Positions 30,731-40,558 of a stretch of 64,000 nucleotides of DNA are shown in pieces (position 1 is the first letter of the stretch; the number at the start of each line of letters is the position of its first letter). This DNA comes from Nitrosopumilus sp. (GTDB taxonomy: Archaea > Thermoproteota > Nitrososphaeria > Nitrososphaerales > Nitrosopumilaceae). Both the position numbers and the translations under genes were made by a program. The DNA lies in the NCBI GenBank assembly GCA_965218695.1, contig OZ244651.1, forward strand, positions 832,001 through 896,000, in the 5' to 3' direction. Below the pieces are notes generated by a model. The model ran no database searches. It was not told the origin of the DNA and worked only from the letters and a program-made list of their open reading frames with translations.

Positions 30731-31573
30731 ATGCTTGATGGAATGGTTAGGGATCTGGCCATGATAAAACAAGAGTTTGCAGGAGGTTATGACCGGGGGG
30801 CGCACATACAGGAGGTTCTCCCGGCATCGTCATCGAACAGGTTTCCGATCGACGAGGATCACATGAGGCTCCTGCACGACTTTGCCCAAAAGAACCCCAT
30901 CTACACCGGCTCATACGAGCAGACCTTTGCGGGGATTCGGTGCCGTATCTACGAGGGCGACATCAACGAGTACTGGTTGAACAGCATAAAGCACGGTTCC
31001 AGTTGCCAGCCGTTCTACCCCACGTGGATGGCATCGGCGTATCTGATGGCGCTGACTGCACGAGATATGGGATACGGCCACCTGGTGGACATAGGATCCG
31101 GCGACGGCCGCATAGCATTCTGTGGGAAGATACTGGGGCTTGAGGCGCACAGCATTGAGATTGATCAGACGCTGGTGGACCTGCAGGAGACGATTGCCGA
31201 GGCCACCTGCCAGAACTTTAATCCCGAATGTGCAGACGCATTAGAGTACGACTACTCCGGGCTGCATATGGACTGCCCGGCCTTCTTTATCGGCGGACTT
31301 CCGCAGATGGGGGGAGACATTCTGGCAGCAAGCATAGTTGAGAAGATCAGCGGCATGCCGCAGCTCAAAAGGAGTGCAGGACTGGTCCTTGCAGGGACAC
31401 ACTCCCGGAGGCATCTCTCAGGAGACATCAAGGACGGGGGCTGGGGCTCCCTTCTTGACCTGCATGGACTGGAAGTGGTGTATACGGTCTCCCTGCCCAC
31501 CGTCTGGACATTTGACCAGGCATCTGACACCCCCTACATCTACGCCAGGTTCAGGGATGCAGTGCAGTCCTGA
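30731..31573 (+). CDS. Class I SAM-dependent methyltransferase-like protein
   Basis: LVDIGSGDGRI...SIEID. Confidence 0.8.
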   Translation: MLDGMVRDLAMIKQEFAGGYDRGAHIQEVLPASSSNRFPIDEDHMRLLHDFAQKNPIYTGSYEQTFAGIRCRIYEGDINEYWLNSIKHGSSCQPFYPTWMASAYLMALTARDMGYGHLVDIGSGDGRIAFCGKILGLEAHSIEIDQTLVDLQETIAEATCQNFNPECADALEYDYSGLHMDCPAFFIGGLPQMGGDILAASIVEKISGMPQLKRSAGLVLAGTHSRRHLSGDIKDGGWGSLLDLHGLEVVYTVSLPTVWTFDQASDTPYIYARFRDAVQS

Positions 31574-31581
31574 TGCGCATC

Positions 31582-31896
31582 CTATCCCACGTGGAACCTG
31601 TAGTCTCCTTCTTCTGCTACGGCGCACCGCCGCATCCGGACCGTCTGGCCCACTCTTGGTGCCTGTGAGATCTCTGCCATTACCCTTACGGCACCGCCCT
31701 CAAACTCCACCATGCAAAAGTACCTGCCGCCCTGTCCGGAATATTCAAGGACTCTGCCCTCAAAGTCACCCCTTCTAAGCGACACGGGACCCATGCACCG
31801 GCTGCAAGCCTCGGATGCGGGCCAGACCACCCTCTTGCACGCGGCACATTCGGGGATGCAGAACCTGCCCCGTGCCAGCTCGGATTGGAAGCTCAT
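31582..31896 (-). CDS. DUF35 Zn-ribbon/OB-fold protein
   Basis: CAAC...WP...CSRC; overlaps the thiolase stop. Confidence 0.85.
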   Translation of the reverse strand: MSFQSELARGRFCIPECAACKRVVWPASEACSRCMGPVSLRRGDFEGRVLEYSGQGGRYFCMVEFEGGAVRVMAEISQAPRVGQTVRMRRCAVAEEGDYRFHVG

Positions 31897-33008
31897 CCCT
31901 TCTCCAGCACCAGCACCGTCGATGACGTCGCAGCAGCCGACATGTTATGGACCAGCCCAATGCGTGCATCATCAACCTGCCTGGGTCCTGCCCTTGCCTG
32001 AAGCTGCCGCGCAATCTCCACTGTCTGGGCTATCCCGGTGGCCCCAAGCGGATGCCCCGCCCCGATCAGGCCCCCGCGTGGATTAACCATAAAGCTGCCA
32101 GTATCATACGCCTCCTGTATCATTTCAAGACCAGCCCCCTTTTCTGCGAGTCCCGTGGATTCCAGTGCCAGGGGTTCGCAGACGGAGAATGCATCATGCA
32201 CCTCTGCCACGTCGACATCCCGTATGTCGCAGCCTGCCATCTCCAGGGCATGATGTGCTGCATCCCTTGTCGACTCTAGGGAGTCAAACGAGGAATTCCC
32301 TCCGAACCCTGCCGATGTGGTCTTCTGCCCAATCCCCCTTATCCACACCGGCGCATCACAGATTCCCCTCATCGCCTCCTCTGAGGCAAGAAGGACTGAG
32401 GCACCGCCGCTGCACGGCCTGGAGCAGTCCAGCATCCTCAGATCGTCAGTCAGCTTCCTGGACGCTGCCACCTCCTCTCGGGTGTATGTCCTTTTGGAGA
32501 GTGCCTCCGGATTGCCGCGTGCCTGCCTGTGGTTCTTTACAGGCACCACTGCCAGATCCTCGTCTGATACGGCAAACCGTCTCTTGTATGCCCTGGTAAG
32601 GATGCTGCCCCAGAATATCGGATGCTTGAACTCCCCCCTGGAACTGTCCCACTCCAGAACCCGTCCGGGACTGTCATGCCTCTCTGCCCCTGATACCAGA
32701 ACCGTCTCTGCCAGACCTGATGCGACATATGCATACCCTGAGACTATCGCGTTGGCGCCCGAGTTGCACAGGTTCTCCACCGAATGGGCGGCTTGGGGCC
32801 TGATTCCCATCGCCTCTGCCAGAATGGGGGCAAGGTACTTTGAGTTGCTGTTTGTGGATACCAGGACCGCATCCACATCGCCCCTGTCCATGCCGGGACT
32901 ATTCACAAACAGGTCTCCTGCAGACTGCTGCAGCAGCGCCTCAACCTGCATGTTCTCCATGGTAAACGGCGTCATCCCGTACCCTGCGATTCCGACCCTA
33001 CCTGCCAA
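31893..33008 (-). CDS. Thiolase (acetyl-CoA C-acyltransferase, SCP2 type)
   Basis: VENLCNSG, EVHDAF, NPRGG..GAGHPLGATG; likely TTG start at 33008. Confidence 0.92.
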   Translation of the reverse strand: MAGRVGIAGYGMTPFTMENMQVEALLQQSAGDLFVNSPGMDRGDVDAVLVSTNSNSKYLAPILAEAMGIRPQAAHSVENLCNSGANAIVSGYAYVASGLAETVLVSGAERHDSPGRVLEWDSSRGEFKHPIFWGSILTRAYKRRFAVSDEDLAVVPVKNHRQARGNPEALSKRTYTREEVAASRKLTDDLRMLDCSRPCSGGASVLLASEEAMRGICDAPVWIRGIGQKTTSAGFGGNSSFDSLESTRDAAHHALEMAGCDIRDVDVAEVHDAFSVCEPLALESTGLAEKGAGLEMIQEAYDTGSFMVNPRGGLIGAGHPLGATGIAQTVEIARQLQARAGPRQVDDARIGLVHNMSAAATSSTVLVLEKG

Positions 33009-33963
33009 GAAACGTCTCCACCAGTAGATTAAACGACGCCATGGTATCATCTCCAACCGGATTGAACTGGATTATGGGCAGGTCCATTCCGGTCTCCCTG
33101 AATCTGGCAAGCTGCCTTTTGCACTCCTTGGGGGTCCCACATATGACAAGTTCACTGAGCATGGAGTCCGGTACCAGCCTGTGGTTTGTCTTGAACCCCG
33201 TCCTCTTGAACTCGTCATATATCTCTGCAGTCTCGCGCTCAAACCCGCAGCGTCCAAGAAACTCGCGGTACACCATTCCCACCGAGATGTAAAACGCCAG
33301 GGTTCTTTTTGCCCTGGTAATTGCAGCCTCCGAATCCTCCGAGACGCACGTGATTATCTGGCATGTCACGTCAATCTCCCCCTTTGGGCGCATCTGCCGT
33401 ATGGTATCCCTCATCTCCCCCAGCGGCCTGAGATAGAATATCACCCCGTCTCCAACCTCCCATGCCAAGTTTACCATCCCCTGGTTGACGGCAGCCAGGT
33501 ATATGGGAATCCTTCTCTTGGGACGGACCAGCAGCCCAAAGTTCTTCAGGTGGAATGTCTGCCCCGAGTGGTTTATCTGGTCTCCGGACAGTGCCTTTCT
33601 GATCACCCCGACATACTCCCTCATCCGCTGCAGGGGGCGCCTGAACCTGTATCCGTGAAGATCCTCCACTATAGGCATGCTGCTGGTGCCCAGCCCCAGA
33701 ACCATCCTCTGGCCGGACAGTGCATCTGCAGTGGCAGCCCCCATGGCAATCAGCGCAGGACTTCTTGAGTATATGTTGATTATTGAGGAGCCTATCCTCT
33801 GCGAGGTCGTGACACCGGATACTGCCCCGAGCATTGCAAAGTTCTCCATCCCCCACGTCTCTGGAATCCATATGGTATCTACGTGCGTGCCTGACAGTAT
33901 CCTGGAGCACTCCATCACCTGATCTACTGTCAGCAGGGATCCAAGGCTGCATGAAATCCGCAT
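32998..33963 (-). CDS. LLM-class flavin/F420-dependent oxidoreductase
   Basis: WIPETWG, IGSSIINIYSRSP, LGLG, PIYLAA. Confidence 0.9.
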   Translation of the reverse strand: MRISCSLGSLLTVDQVMECSRILSGTHVDTIWIPETWGMENFAMLGAVSGVTTSQRIGSSIINIYSRSPALIAMGAATADALSGQRMVLGLGTSSMPIVEDLHGYRFRRPLQRMREYVGVIRKALSGDQINHSGQTFHLKNFGLLVRPKRRIPIYLAAVNQGMVNLAWEVGDGVIFYLRPLGEMRDTIRQMRPKGEIDVTCQIITCVSEDSEAAITRAKRTLAFYISVGMVYREFLGRCGFERETAEIYDEFKRTGFKTNHRLVPDSMLSELVICGTPKECKRQLARFRETGMDLPIIQFNPVGDDTMASFNLLVETFLGR

Positions 33964-34010
33964 GAATGCTGTACGGACATGCTATATTCTAGTGTATGGG
34001 AATCGCACCC

Positions 34011-34092
34011 GTATGGACTCAGGTCCAATACAATTCTAGGCACAAATTTGCAATGAATTATTCCTGTGTTTATAAGGGACCTGAGTGCGTAC
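34011..34092. mobile_element. 82-bp MITE with the same end motif as 23255-23346
   Basis: TIR gtatggactcaggtcc / ggacctgagtgcgtac; 8-bp TSD tcgcaccc (34003-34010, 34093-34100). Confidence 0.9.
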
Positions 34093-34526
34093 TCGCACCC
34101 AGGAACACGCATCGCCGGACACCAAGACAGGACATCTTGATGCTTTGTCCTTTTTGGACGCCCCTGCAGGATGCCCCCTGGGACAGGATTCTACTCCAAC
34201 CTCCTCTTTGGGGCGGCATGCTAAATGTGCGAATCCGGTTCCCTTGCATCCGATGCTGGCTCTTTGCATGCGCGCGGCCTGATAGTATCTGGTGTCATAC
34301 CCCGAATGTGCAGTTGTTTTAGCAACAGGTAAATTTTGATTGAGGTTGGGTATTATCCTATTCTGAATAGATCAGGGGACATGAGCGAACAGATTGCCGG
34401 TAAAGGTCCACACGGCCACGCGTTCTGGCAGGATGTTGCAGCATACGCATCAAGCACCACTGATGAGGGGTTCGTTGAAGAGATGGCATACATGATAGTC
34501 ACGCTGTACCGGACAGGTGCCTGACG

Positions 34527-35189
34527 CTATACCGTCTTTACTCTTGATGCGCACTCCTCTATATCCTTGAATGAGTCTATCGAGTACCACCAGACGTCCC
34601 TGAACTTTACCGTGCCCAGCCTGCCTCGTCTGGCGTACTCTGGAAAGAGCGTTCTCTCTATGTCCCCGACGTCTGGCAGATCCCCTGCTATGTCCCTTTG
34701 AAGATGGTATATCCCGGCATTCATCCACATGTCATGAATCTGGCCCTTCTCTTTGAATCCTGTTATGGTGCTGCCGTCTGTCTCCAGTATGCCAAACCCT
34801 GTCTTCAACTCGACTGAGGCCACGACGTTGGGCGCTTTGATGATCCTCTCCAGATTGATATCTGTCAGGACATCGCCGTTCATTACCAGAAACGACTCGC
34901 CTGCAACCATGCCTGCTGCCCTCTTGATGGCGCCGCCCGTACCAAGGGGGGACTCTTCCACTGAGAACCTAACATTGATTCCCATGTCCTTGGCGTGCAT
35001 GTGGTTCTCTATCATTTTGGACTTGTATCCAGTGCAGACTATCACGTCTGTTATCCCGTATCCCTTGAGGTATCTCATCTGCCATTCTATGAGAGGGACA
35101 TTCCCTACGGGTACCAATGGCTTTGGGACATAGTCTGTGACGGGCCTGAGCCTCTTGCCGCGTCCCCCTGCCAGTATTATTGCATCCAA
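34527..35189 (-). CDS. Sugar-phosphate nucleotidyltransferase
   Basis: AIILAGGRGKRLRP.T...PKPL, PLGTGGA, NGDV, NAGIY. Confidence 0.92.
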   Translation of the reverse strand: MDAIILAGGRGKRLRPVTDYVPKPLVPVGNVPLIEWQMRYLKGYGITDVIVCTGYKSKMIENHMHAKDMGINVRFSVEESPLGTGGAIKRAAGMVAGESFLVMNGDVLTDINLERIIKAPNVVASVELKTGFGILETDGSTITGFKEKGQIHDMWMNAGIYHLQRDIAGDLPDVGDIERTLFPEYARRGRLGTVKFRDVWWYSIDSFKDIEECASRVKTV

Positions 35190-35270
35190 CCAGAAACACT
35201 CTGTTCCCAGGCTATATCAAAATTTCAGATCATGGCAGGATGCATGGCGTGATGCCGAATCCTGCAGTAA

Positions 35271-35393
35271 TCACTGCTCTGTCAGGTAGTAGTGCAGCTC
35301 CGTATAGCACTCTACACAATAGTCCTCAAAGTCGGTATGATCGCAGTCATAGACCTTTGCCACGTCTGCACTGCACTTGGCACACGTGGGCAT
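35271..35393 (-). CDS. 40-aa Cys/His-rich zinc-finger microprotein (below the ORF-track cutoff)
   Basis: MPTCAKCSADVAKVYDCDHTDFEDYCVECYTELHYYLTEQ*, starting 5 nt after the upstream gene's stop. Confidence 0.75.
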   Translation of the reverse strand: MPTCAKCSADVAKVYDCDHTDFEDYCVECYTELHYYLTEQ

Positions 35394-35398
35394 GTGCC

Positions 35399-35803
35399 TC
35401 AGCCTGCGGCGCGGGATCTTCTTATCTTTATCCCGCCCAGTGCCATGATTATGGCACCAACTGCAATCAGTGCGCCGCCCTCACCTGCAGCCCTTGCCGT
35501 ATTCCCGTCTTCCCCGGCAGCTGCTACGAAGATTCCGCCTCCGATTACAATCAGGACTCCAGTTATTATCAGCATGATGCCAAGTCCCGTAAACGGCGGC
35601 CTCTTGGCGATAAAGAATGCAACAAACGACAGGACTATCGGGGGGAGTCCGAACCCTATCCCGCGGGTCATTCCGTCAAATGGCAGGAATCCGTCTCCTC
35701 CTCCGCCTCCGCCTACTATGACGTCGGCACCATACACCACCAGCAACGCAATTGATATTCCGGACAGCACAATCGGGGCAGATACCATGTCTAAAATCTT
35801 CAC
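35399..35803 (-). CDS. Membrane protein (4 TM)
   Basis: Hydrophobic segments; LLVVYGADV, GFLP, RG.GFG.P. Confidence 0.8.
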   Translation of the reverse strand: MKILDMVSAPIVLSGISIALLVVYGADVIVGGGGGGDGFLPFDGMTRGIGFGLPPIVLSFVAFFIAKRPPFTGLGIMLIITGVLIVIGGGIFVAAAGEDGNTARAAGEGGALIAVGAIIMALGGIKIRRSRAAG

Positions 35804-35832
35804 TATGAATTAATAAACGTACTATGGCGGCG

Positions 35833-37195
35833 AACTTTGTTTCCTAATTATGAACCAGAGACACCCGTCTGTACAATACTGCCTATGTCATCGTCCTGCA
35901 TCCCCTCCATTTCCTGCCGTCCTTGATTCGGGTCTGTAGACTTGTACGATCCTTGGCGTGCCGTACCCGTTGTCAATGGCAGTATCGATCATCTGGTTGT
36001 ACAGCTGCACCTTTCCGTATATCTCGGCCTTGACGTTCTCCCATTTTCGGGCGCTTATGCACTCGCCCAACACCCGCTTGAACGTGGAGAATGTAATCTC
36101 GGCTGACCACCGCTGGTTGTACCCGGACTCCTCGCGCCACGCCTTCTGGAATTCCCTTTTCTGTTCACGCGAAAGGCCGGCAAACTCGCGCTCGGCCGTC
36201 TTGTCAATGTGGTCCATCCCCCCAAGCTGTTCGAATCCGGCCTTCTTGCGGGGCATGCACCCTTTTGCCTTTCCGGCAAAGTTTATGCGGACTGGAATCA
36301 GCGGGGAGATGCCGCGATCGTCACAGTACCTGTGGATCTTCCTGGCGTCGTACGCGCCGTCGGCTGCCACCCTGGTGCCTGCAGACGTGTCTGCGCTTGG
36401 TGATTTTTCTGCGTTTGCAAAGGCCTGCTCCACCAGTTCCTCAAACTGCGGAGAGTCCCCGCACCTGTCGTCAGTGATTGCCACGGCGTAGATCTTTTTG
36501 GTCTTGGCGTCCACGCCGACGTGCATCTTTATGAACCCGCGCCGGGTCCCCCACTTTGCCGTCATCCAGTCGCCGCGGTTTGTGGGCTTGAGCCCCGTGG
36601 AGTCAAATGCAAACAGGCTGATCTCTGTTCTGGCGCCGCCGTCTGAAAACCACACCGAAGTCGTGTTGCCGGCACCCTTCTCGTCAAAGGTGCAGCCAAG
36701 CTTGGCAATCCTCTTCTGGAATGCCGAGTACGTGGGTGAGTTTTCCTTGCCAACCACGGTCTCTGCCAGGCCCTGGAGCTGCCTGTACCTGATGCCGGTG
36801 GCATTCCTGAACAGGAACGCTGCTGCAAAGCACGCGTTTGAGAACACGTACGGGTGGCCGACCTTTCCGCTGTTTAGCTTCTCCACGTCCCGCGTCAGGA
36901 TCTCCTGGTTTATCTGGAGGGACCACAGCTGACCGCGGTCTATGTACCTGCGGTCATCGTACCGGAACCTGCGCCCTTCTGATTTGAAAGATTTTTTAGC
37001 GTCATGCGTGCCCGTCTTGTCTGGAGATGGCGTGTTTTCAGTCATGGTTGTTGGCCTGACTGTCTGCACGCCTCTCTGATCAATACAGTTTTCTATTGAA
37101 AGTGTTTGACACGGTATTCAAATTCGTCTGGGCTGACTGACTGACATGACTCTGGAAGAGTTAGGCGTGGTTGAAGATAATTAGGAAACAAAGTT
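35833..37195 (-). mobile_element. IS5-family (IS903-like) element, copy 1, 1363 bp
   Basis: Perfect 19-bp TIR aactttgtttcctaattat; 9-bp TSD atggcggcg (35824-35832, 37196-37204). Confidence 0.95.
35888..37069 (-). CDS. IS5-family transposase
   Basis: FDSTGLK, FIKMH, ADGAYD, GYNQRWSAE.TFS.FKR. Confidence 0.95.
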   Translation of the reverse strand: MQTVRPTTMTENTPSPDKTGTHDAKKSFKSEGRRFRYDDRRYIDRGQLWSLQINQEILTRDVEKLNSGKVGHPYVFSNACFAAAFLFRNATGIRYRQLQGLAETVVGKENSPTYSAFQKRIAKLGCTFDEKGAGNTTSVWFSDGGARTEISLFAFDSTGLKPTNRGDWMTAKWGTRRGFIKMHVGVDAKTKKIYAVAITDDRCGDSPQFEELVEQAFANAEKSPSADTSAGTRVAADGAYDARKIHRYCDDRGISPLIPVRINFAGKAKGCMPRKKAGFEQLGGMDHIDKTAEREFAGLSREQKREFQKAWREESGYNQRWSAEITFSTFKRVLGECISARKWENVKAEIYGKVQLYNQMIDTAIDNGYGTPRIVQVYRPESRTAGNGGDAGR

Positions 37196-37289
37196 ATGGC
37201 GGCGTGGTGGTGGCGGGGCTGCCTTCCATGCTTCCGGCTTCAGACATGCGCGCGGCCCCCGTTTCCCTGATTCAACGGAACAGGCAAGA

Positions 37290-38453
37290 TCATACGGCAG
37301 GCATGGTTGCAAGATCCTTTTTGAGTGCAGGTAACCTCTCGAGTAGCTGGTCTATGGTCTCCCCGTTCTGTGCAACCAGGTTGACATGACCAAGCTTTCG
37401 CATGGACCTTGAGATCTCCTTGCCGTACATCTTCAGGTACGCGCCGGGTTCTGAGATCGAGATGGGACGGTATCTGCCCTCAAAGGAGGATGATCCCAGA
37501 ATGTTGTACATTACGGTGGGGTGGACAAGTCCCGTATCGCCAAGTTCGAGGCCAAGGATTGCCCGCAGGTGCTGCTCAAACTGCGAGGTGTGGCTTGACT
37601 GGAGCGTGTGATGGCCAGAGTTGTGCACCCTGGGGGCAATCTCGTTGATTATGATCTGGTCGTCCTGCGTGAGAAACATCTCTATCCCAAACACCCCTGC
37701 CCCCTTGAGGACGGCCATCGTATCTGCTGCAATCTTTTCGGCCCTTTCTGCAACATGTCCTGAGACCCTGGCAGGCGCTATCGTCTCCTGCAGTATGTTG
37801 TGTTGGTGTATGTTCTCAACTAGAGGATACGTCTTAATCTGTCCCTTGGTGCTCCTTGATGCAATCACTGACACCTCCATCTTGAACGGCACAAACCTCT
37901 CCAGCATAAGGCCGCTTCCCCCAAGATGCCTGAATGCCTCCTGCACCTCATCCTCTGAGTCAATCTTAAAGTTTCCACGGCCGTCATACGCATCCCTTCT
38001 TGCCTTGAGCAGTGCGGGATACCCAAAATCCTTCAGGCGGTCCCTGAGATCGTCAAGTCCGTCTACCCTGACAAACTCCGGAACCTGGATGCCGTGCTCT
38101 GCCAGAAATGACTTTTGCAGCAGCTTGTCCTGGATTATCCTCAGTGTGTCCGGTGACGGATTTATCTCCACATCCCCCTCTACTGATTTGAGTACGTCGC
38201 TGTCCCCTGACTCTATCTCGTATGTGATCACGTCGGCCCTCTGTGCCAGAGTGACAATTGCATTCCTGTCCTTAAAGTCTGCGACAATCTGTTCTGCGCC
38301 TGCCTGGGATGCCGGACAGCCCCTTGTGGGATCAAGCACTACCACCCCTGATATGTGCTCTGGCATTCTTCCGGCAGCCTCCGTAATCATCATTCCAAGC
38401 TGACCGCCGCCAATAATGCCAAGGACCCTTCCCATCACTACTCCGGATGTCAT
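37290..38453 (-). CDS. purK: N5-carboxyaminoimidazole ribonucleotide synthase
   Basis: LGIIGGGQLG.M, YDGRG, NEIAPRVHNSGH, RKLGH. Confidence 0.95.
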   Translation of the reverse strand: MTSGVVMGRVLGIIGGGQLGMMITEAAGRMPEHISGVVVLDPTRGCPASQAGAEQIVADFKDRNAIVTLAQRADVITYEIESGDSDVLKSVEGDVEINPSPDTLRIIQDKLLQKSFLAEHGIQVPEFVRVDGLDDLRDRLKDFGYPALLKARRDAYDGRGNFKIDSEDEVQEAFRHLGGSGLMLERFVPFKMEVSVIASRSTKGQIKTYPLVENIHQHNILQETIAPARVSGHVAERAEKIAADTMAVLKGAGVFGIEMFLTQDDQIIINEIAPRVHNSGHHTLQSSHTSQFEQHLRAILGLELGDTGLVHPTVMYNILGSSSFEGRYRPISISEPGAYLKMYGKEISRSMRKLGHVNLVAQNGETIDQLLERLPALKKDLATMPAV

Positions 38454-38675
38454 ACGGCTAAAAATAGATACTGCATGCTCTAGAATACCTGAAAACCCCC
38501 GGGGCCATCTTTGATGGAGGCCGTACCGCAGCATGCCACACTCTTGAAGTTCTGGCATGGTGCGCCTGCACGCACGCTCACCCCTCACATCCTGCATCAT
38601 TCATCCCGAATGCAAAACATGCCAGGACAGCGTGTGGTGGACAGTCATTAAATACCATCTGCTTGTTGTAGTATC

Positions 38676-39251
38676 ATGGGATACTCTGACAAGCCCTTGA
38701 TAGGAATCATCATGGGATCAAGCTCTGACAGCAGAATCATGAAGGGGGCAGCCGAGATTCTGGACACATTCGGGATAAGACACGAGGATCAGATCATATC
38801 TGCACACCGAACCCCCTCTAGGCTGTCCGAGTATGCAAGGCATGCCGAGGAGGCTGGACTCCGGGCGATAATTGCCGGTGCCGGGGGTGCCGCACACCTG
38901 CCCGGGATGATAGCATCGCACACAATCATACCCGTCATCGGAGTTCCAATACTTGTCTATAACGACAAGACTCCGGGAAAACCAAACTCCGGATTCTCTG
39001 CGTTTGGAGGGCTGGACTCGCTGCTGTCCATCACCGAGATGCCCTCTGGATCCCCCGTTGTGTCAGTCGGCATCAACAAGGCAGGCAATGCCGGGATATA
39101 CGCTGCAAAGATCCTTGCAAACGAGTTTCCTGCACTGCAGGATGCAATAAGGCAGCACAAGTCTGCCCAGTATGATTCCGTGGTACGCCAGTCCGAGCAG
39201 CTAAGAAGCGACGGCCTGTCCGAGTTTGCAGACCGGCTCCAGTCTAGCTGA
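38676..39251 (+). CDS. purE: N5-CAIR mutase
   Basis: IIMGSSSD, SAHRTP, AGAGGAAHLPG, GGLDSLLS. Confidence 0.97.
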   Translation: MGYSDKPLIGIIMGSSSDSRIMKGAAEILDTFGIRHEDQIISAHRTPSRLSEYARHAEEAGLRAIIAGAGGAAHLPGMIASHTIIPVIGVPILVYNDKTPGKPNSGFSAFGGLDSLLSITEMPSGSPVVSVGINKAGNAGIYAAKILANEFPALQDAIRQHKSAQYDSVVRQSEQLRSDGLSEFADRLQSS

Positions 39252-40452
39252 GTATGGTAAACTGGGTCTTCCTCTCTTGCAGTCTCTTAATCAATGCGTC
39301 TGTCTGCTCCCTTCCCTGCGTCTCAAGACTCAGGATCACTCCTGCAGAGCCCACTTTGATGCCTGAGCTTAGCCTGTCATGAACAACCTCCACGATATTT
39401 GCATTTGCCATGGTTATCTCATCGACTATCTCCTTGAGTGCGCCTGGCCTGTCCGGGAGAATTATGGATATCTTGAGAAGCCGATCCATAGCGGCAAGCC
39501 CCTTGTCGACTATCTGCCCTAGAAGGTACATGTCCACGTTGCCTCCTCCCATCACGACCACCACCTTCTTTCCAGATGCGGGCTTGTTTGCAATGAGGTA
39601 TGCCAGGCTTGCAGCTCCTGCAGGCTCTACTACAAACTTTGCCCTCTCCATGAGAAGAAACATGGTGTTTGTAATGTCCGCGTCATCGACAAGAACCATC
39701 TCATCTACAAGCTCGTTGATCACCGAGAACGTTAGCTGCCCGGGAATCTTGACTGATATGCCGTCTGCAATCGTTTTTGAGCTTGGGCTGGAAGTCAGGA
39801 ATCCATTCTTTACTGATTCGTACATTGATGGAAATGCGCTTGTCTGTACCCCGATAATCCTGACCTTTGGGTTCTTCTCCTTTACTGCTATCAGCACGCC
39901 TGCTGCAAGCCCACCGCCTCCCACGGGAAGATAAATCTCATCCACGTCTGGCAGGTCCTCCAGTATCTCAAGGCCTATGACCCCCTGGCCTGCAATTATC
40001 TGGGGATCATCAAAGGCATGAATCATGACAGCGCCACTCTCCTTGGAGATGTTCTCTGCTATTGCAAATGATTCCTCGTAGTTTACCCCCTCCAGAATCA
40101 CGCTTGCCCCGTACGACTTTGTGGCTGCCACCTTTGCCGGGGATGCGTTCTTTGGCATTACAATGGTGCACGGAATGCCTTCAAGGGACGAGGCAAAGGC
40201 CACGCCCTGTGCATGATTTCCTGCAGATGCTGCAACCACACCGCGTCTCTTCTCTGCATCCGGCATCGTTCTTATCTTGTAGTATGCCCCGCGAATCTTA
40301 AACGAGCCTGTCTTTTGATGGAATTCTGGCTTTAGATATACATCGGACTGTACCATGCTGCTCAGTGTCGACGAGCGGATAAGCGGCGTTCTCTTTATCG
40401 CACTGCCTCTCATGGAGTATGCCCGTACTATCTCATCGTATGACGGTTTCAC
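39244..40452 (-). CDS. ilvA: Threonine ammonia-lyase with ACT domain
   Basis: QKTGSFKIRGA, ASAGNHAQG, PVGGGGL, GGNVD, DRPGAL. Confidence 0.95.
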   Translation of the reverse strand: MKPSYDEIVRAYSMRGSAIKRTPLIRSSTLSSMVQSDVYLKPEFHQKTGSFKIRGAYYKIRTMPDAEKRRGVVAASAGNHAQGVAFASSLEGIPCTIVMPKNASPAKVAATKSYGASVILEGVNYEESFAIAENISKESGAVMIHAFDDPQIIAGQGVIGLEILEDLPDVDEIYLPVGGGGLAAGVLIAVKEKNPKVRIIGVQTSAFPSMYESVKNGFLTSSPSSKTIADGISVKIPGQLTFSVINELVDEMVLVDDADITNTMFLLMERAKFVVEPAGAASLAYLIANKPASGKKVVVVMGGGNVDMYLLGQIVDKGLAAMDRLLKISIILPDRPGALKEIVDEITMANANIVEVVHDRLSSGIKVGSAGVILSLETQGREQTDALIKRLQERKTQFTILS

Positions 40453-40558
40453 AAATGATGTTATCTTGCAGGTTATTTATTTGAGTTCATGCTTGGTCCC
40501 GGCCGCCGGCACATGCTGTGATGATGGCGACGGCGACCATCCCGTGCAGTCTGGCAGG

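Noticed and set aside
29997-31573. Nuclease plus methyltransferase as a restriction-modification system
   Set aside because: The nuclease has Hjc-type motifs, the methyltransferase lacks DPPY/NPPY or PC catalytic motifs, and the genes are divergent within a core region.
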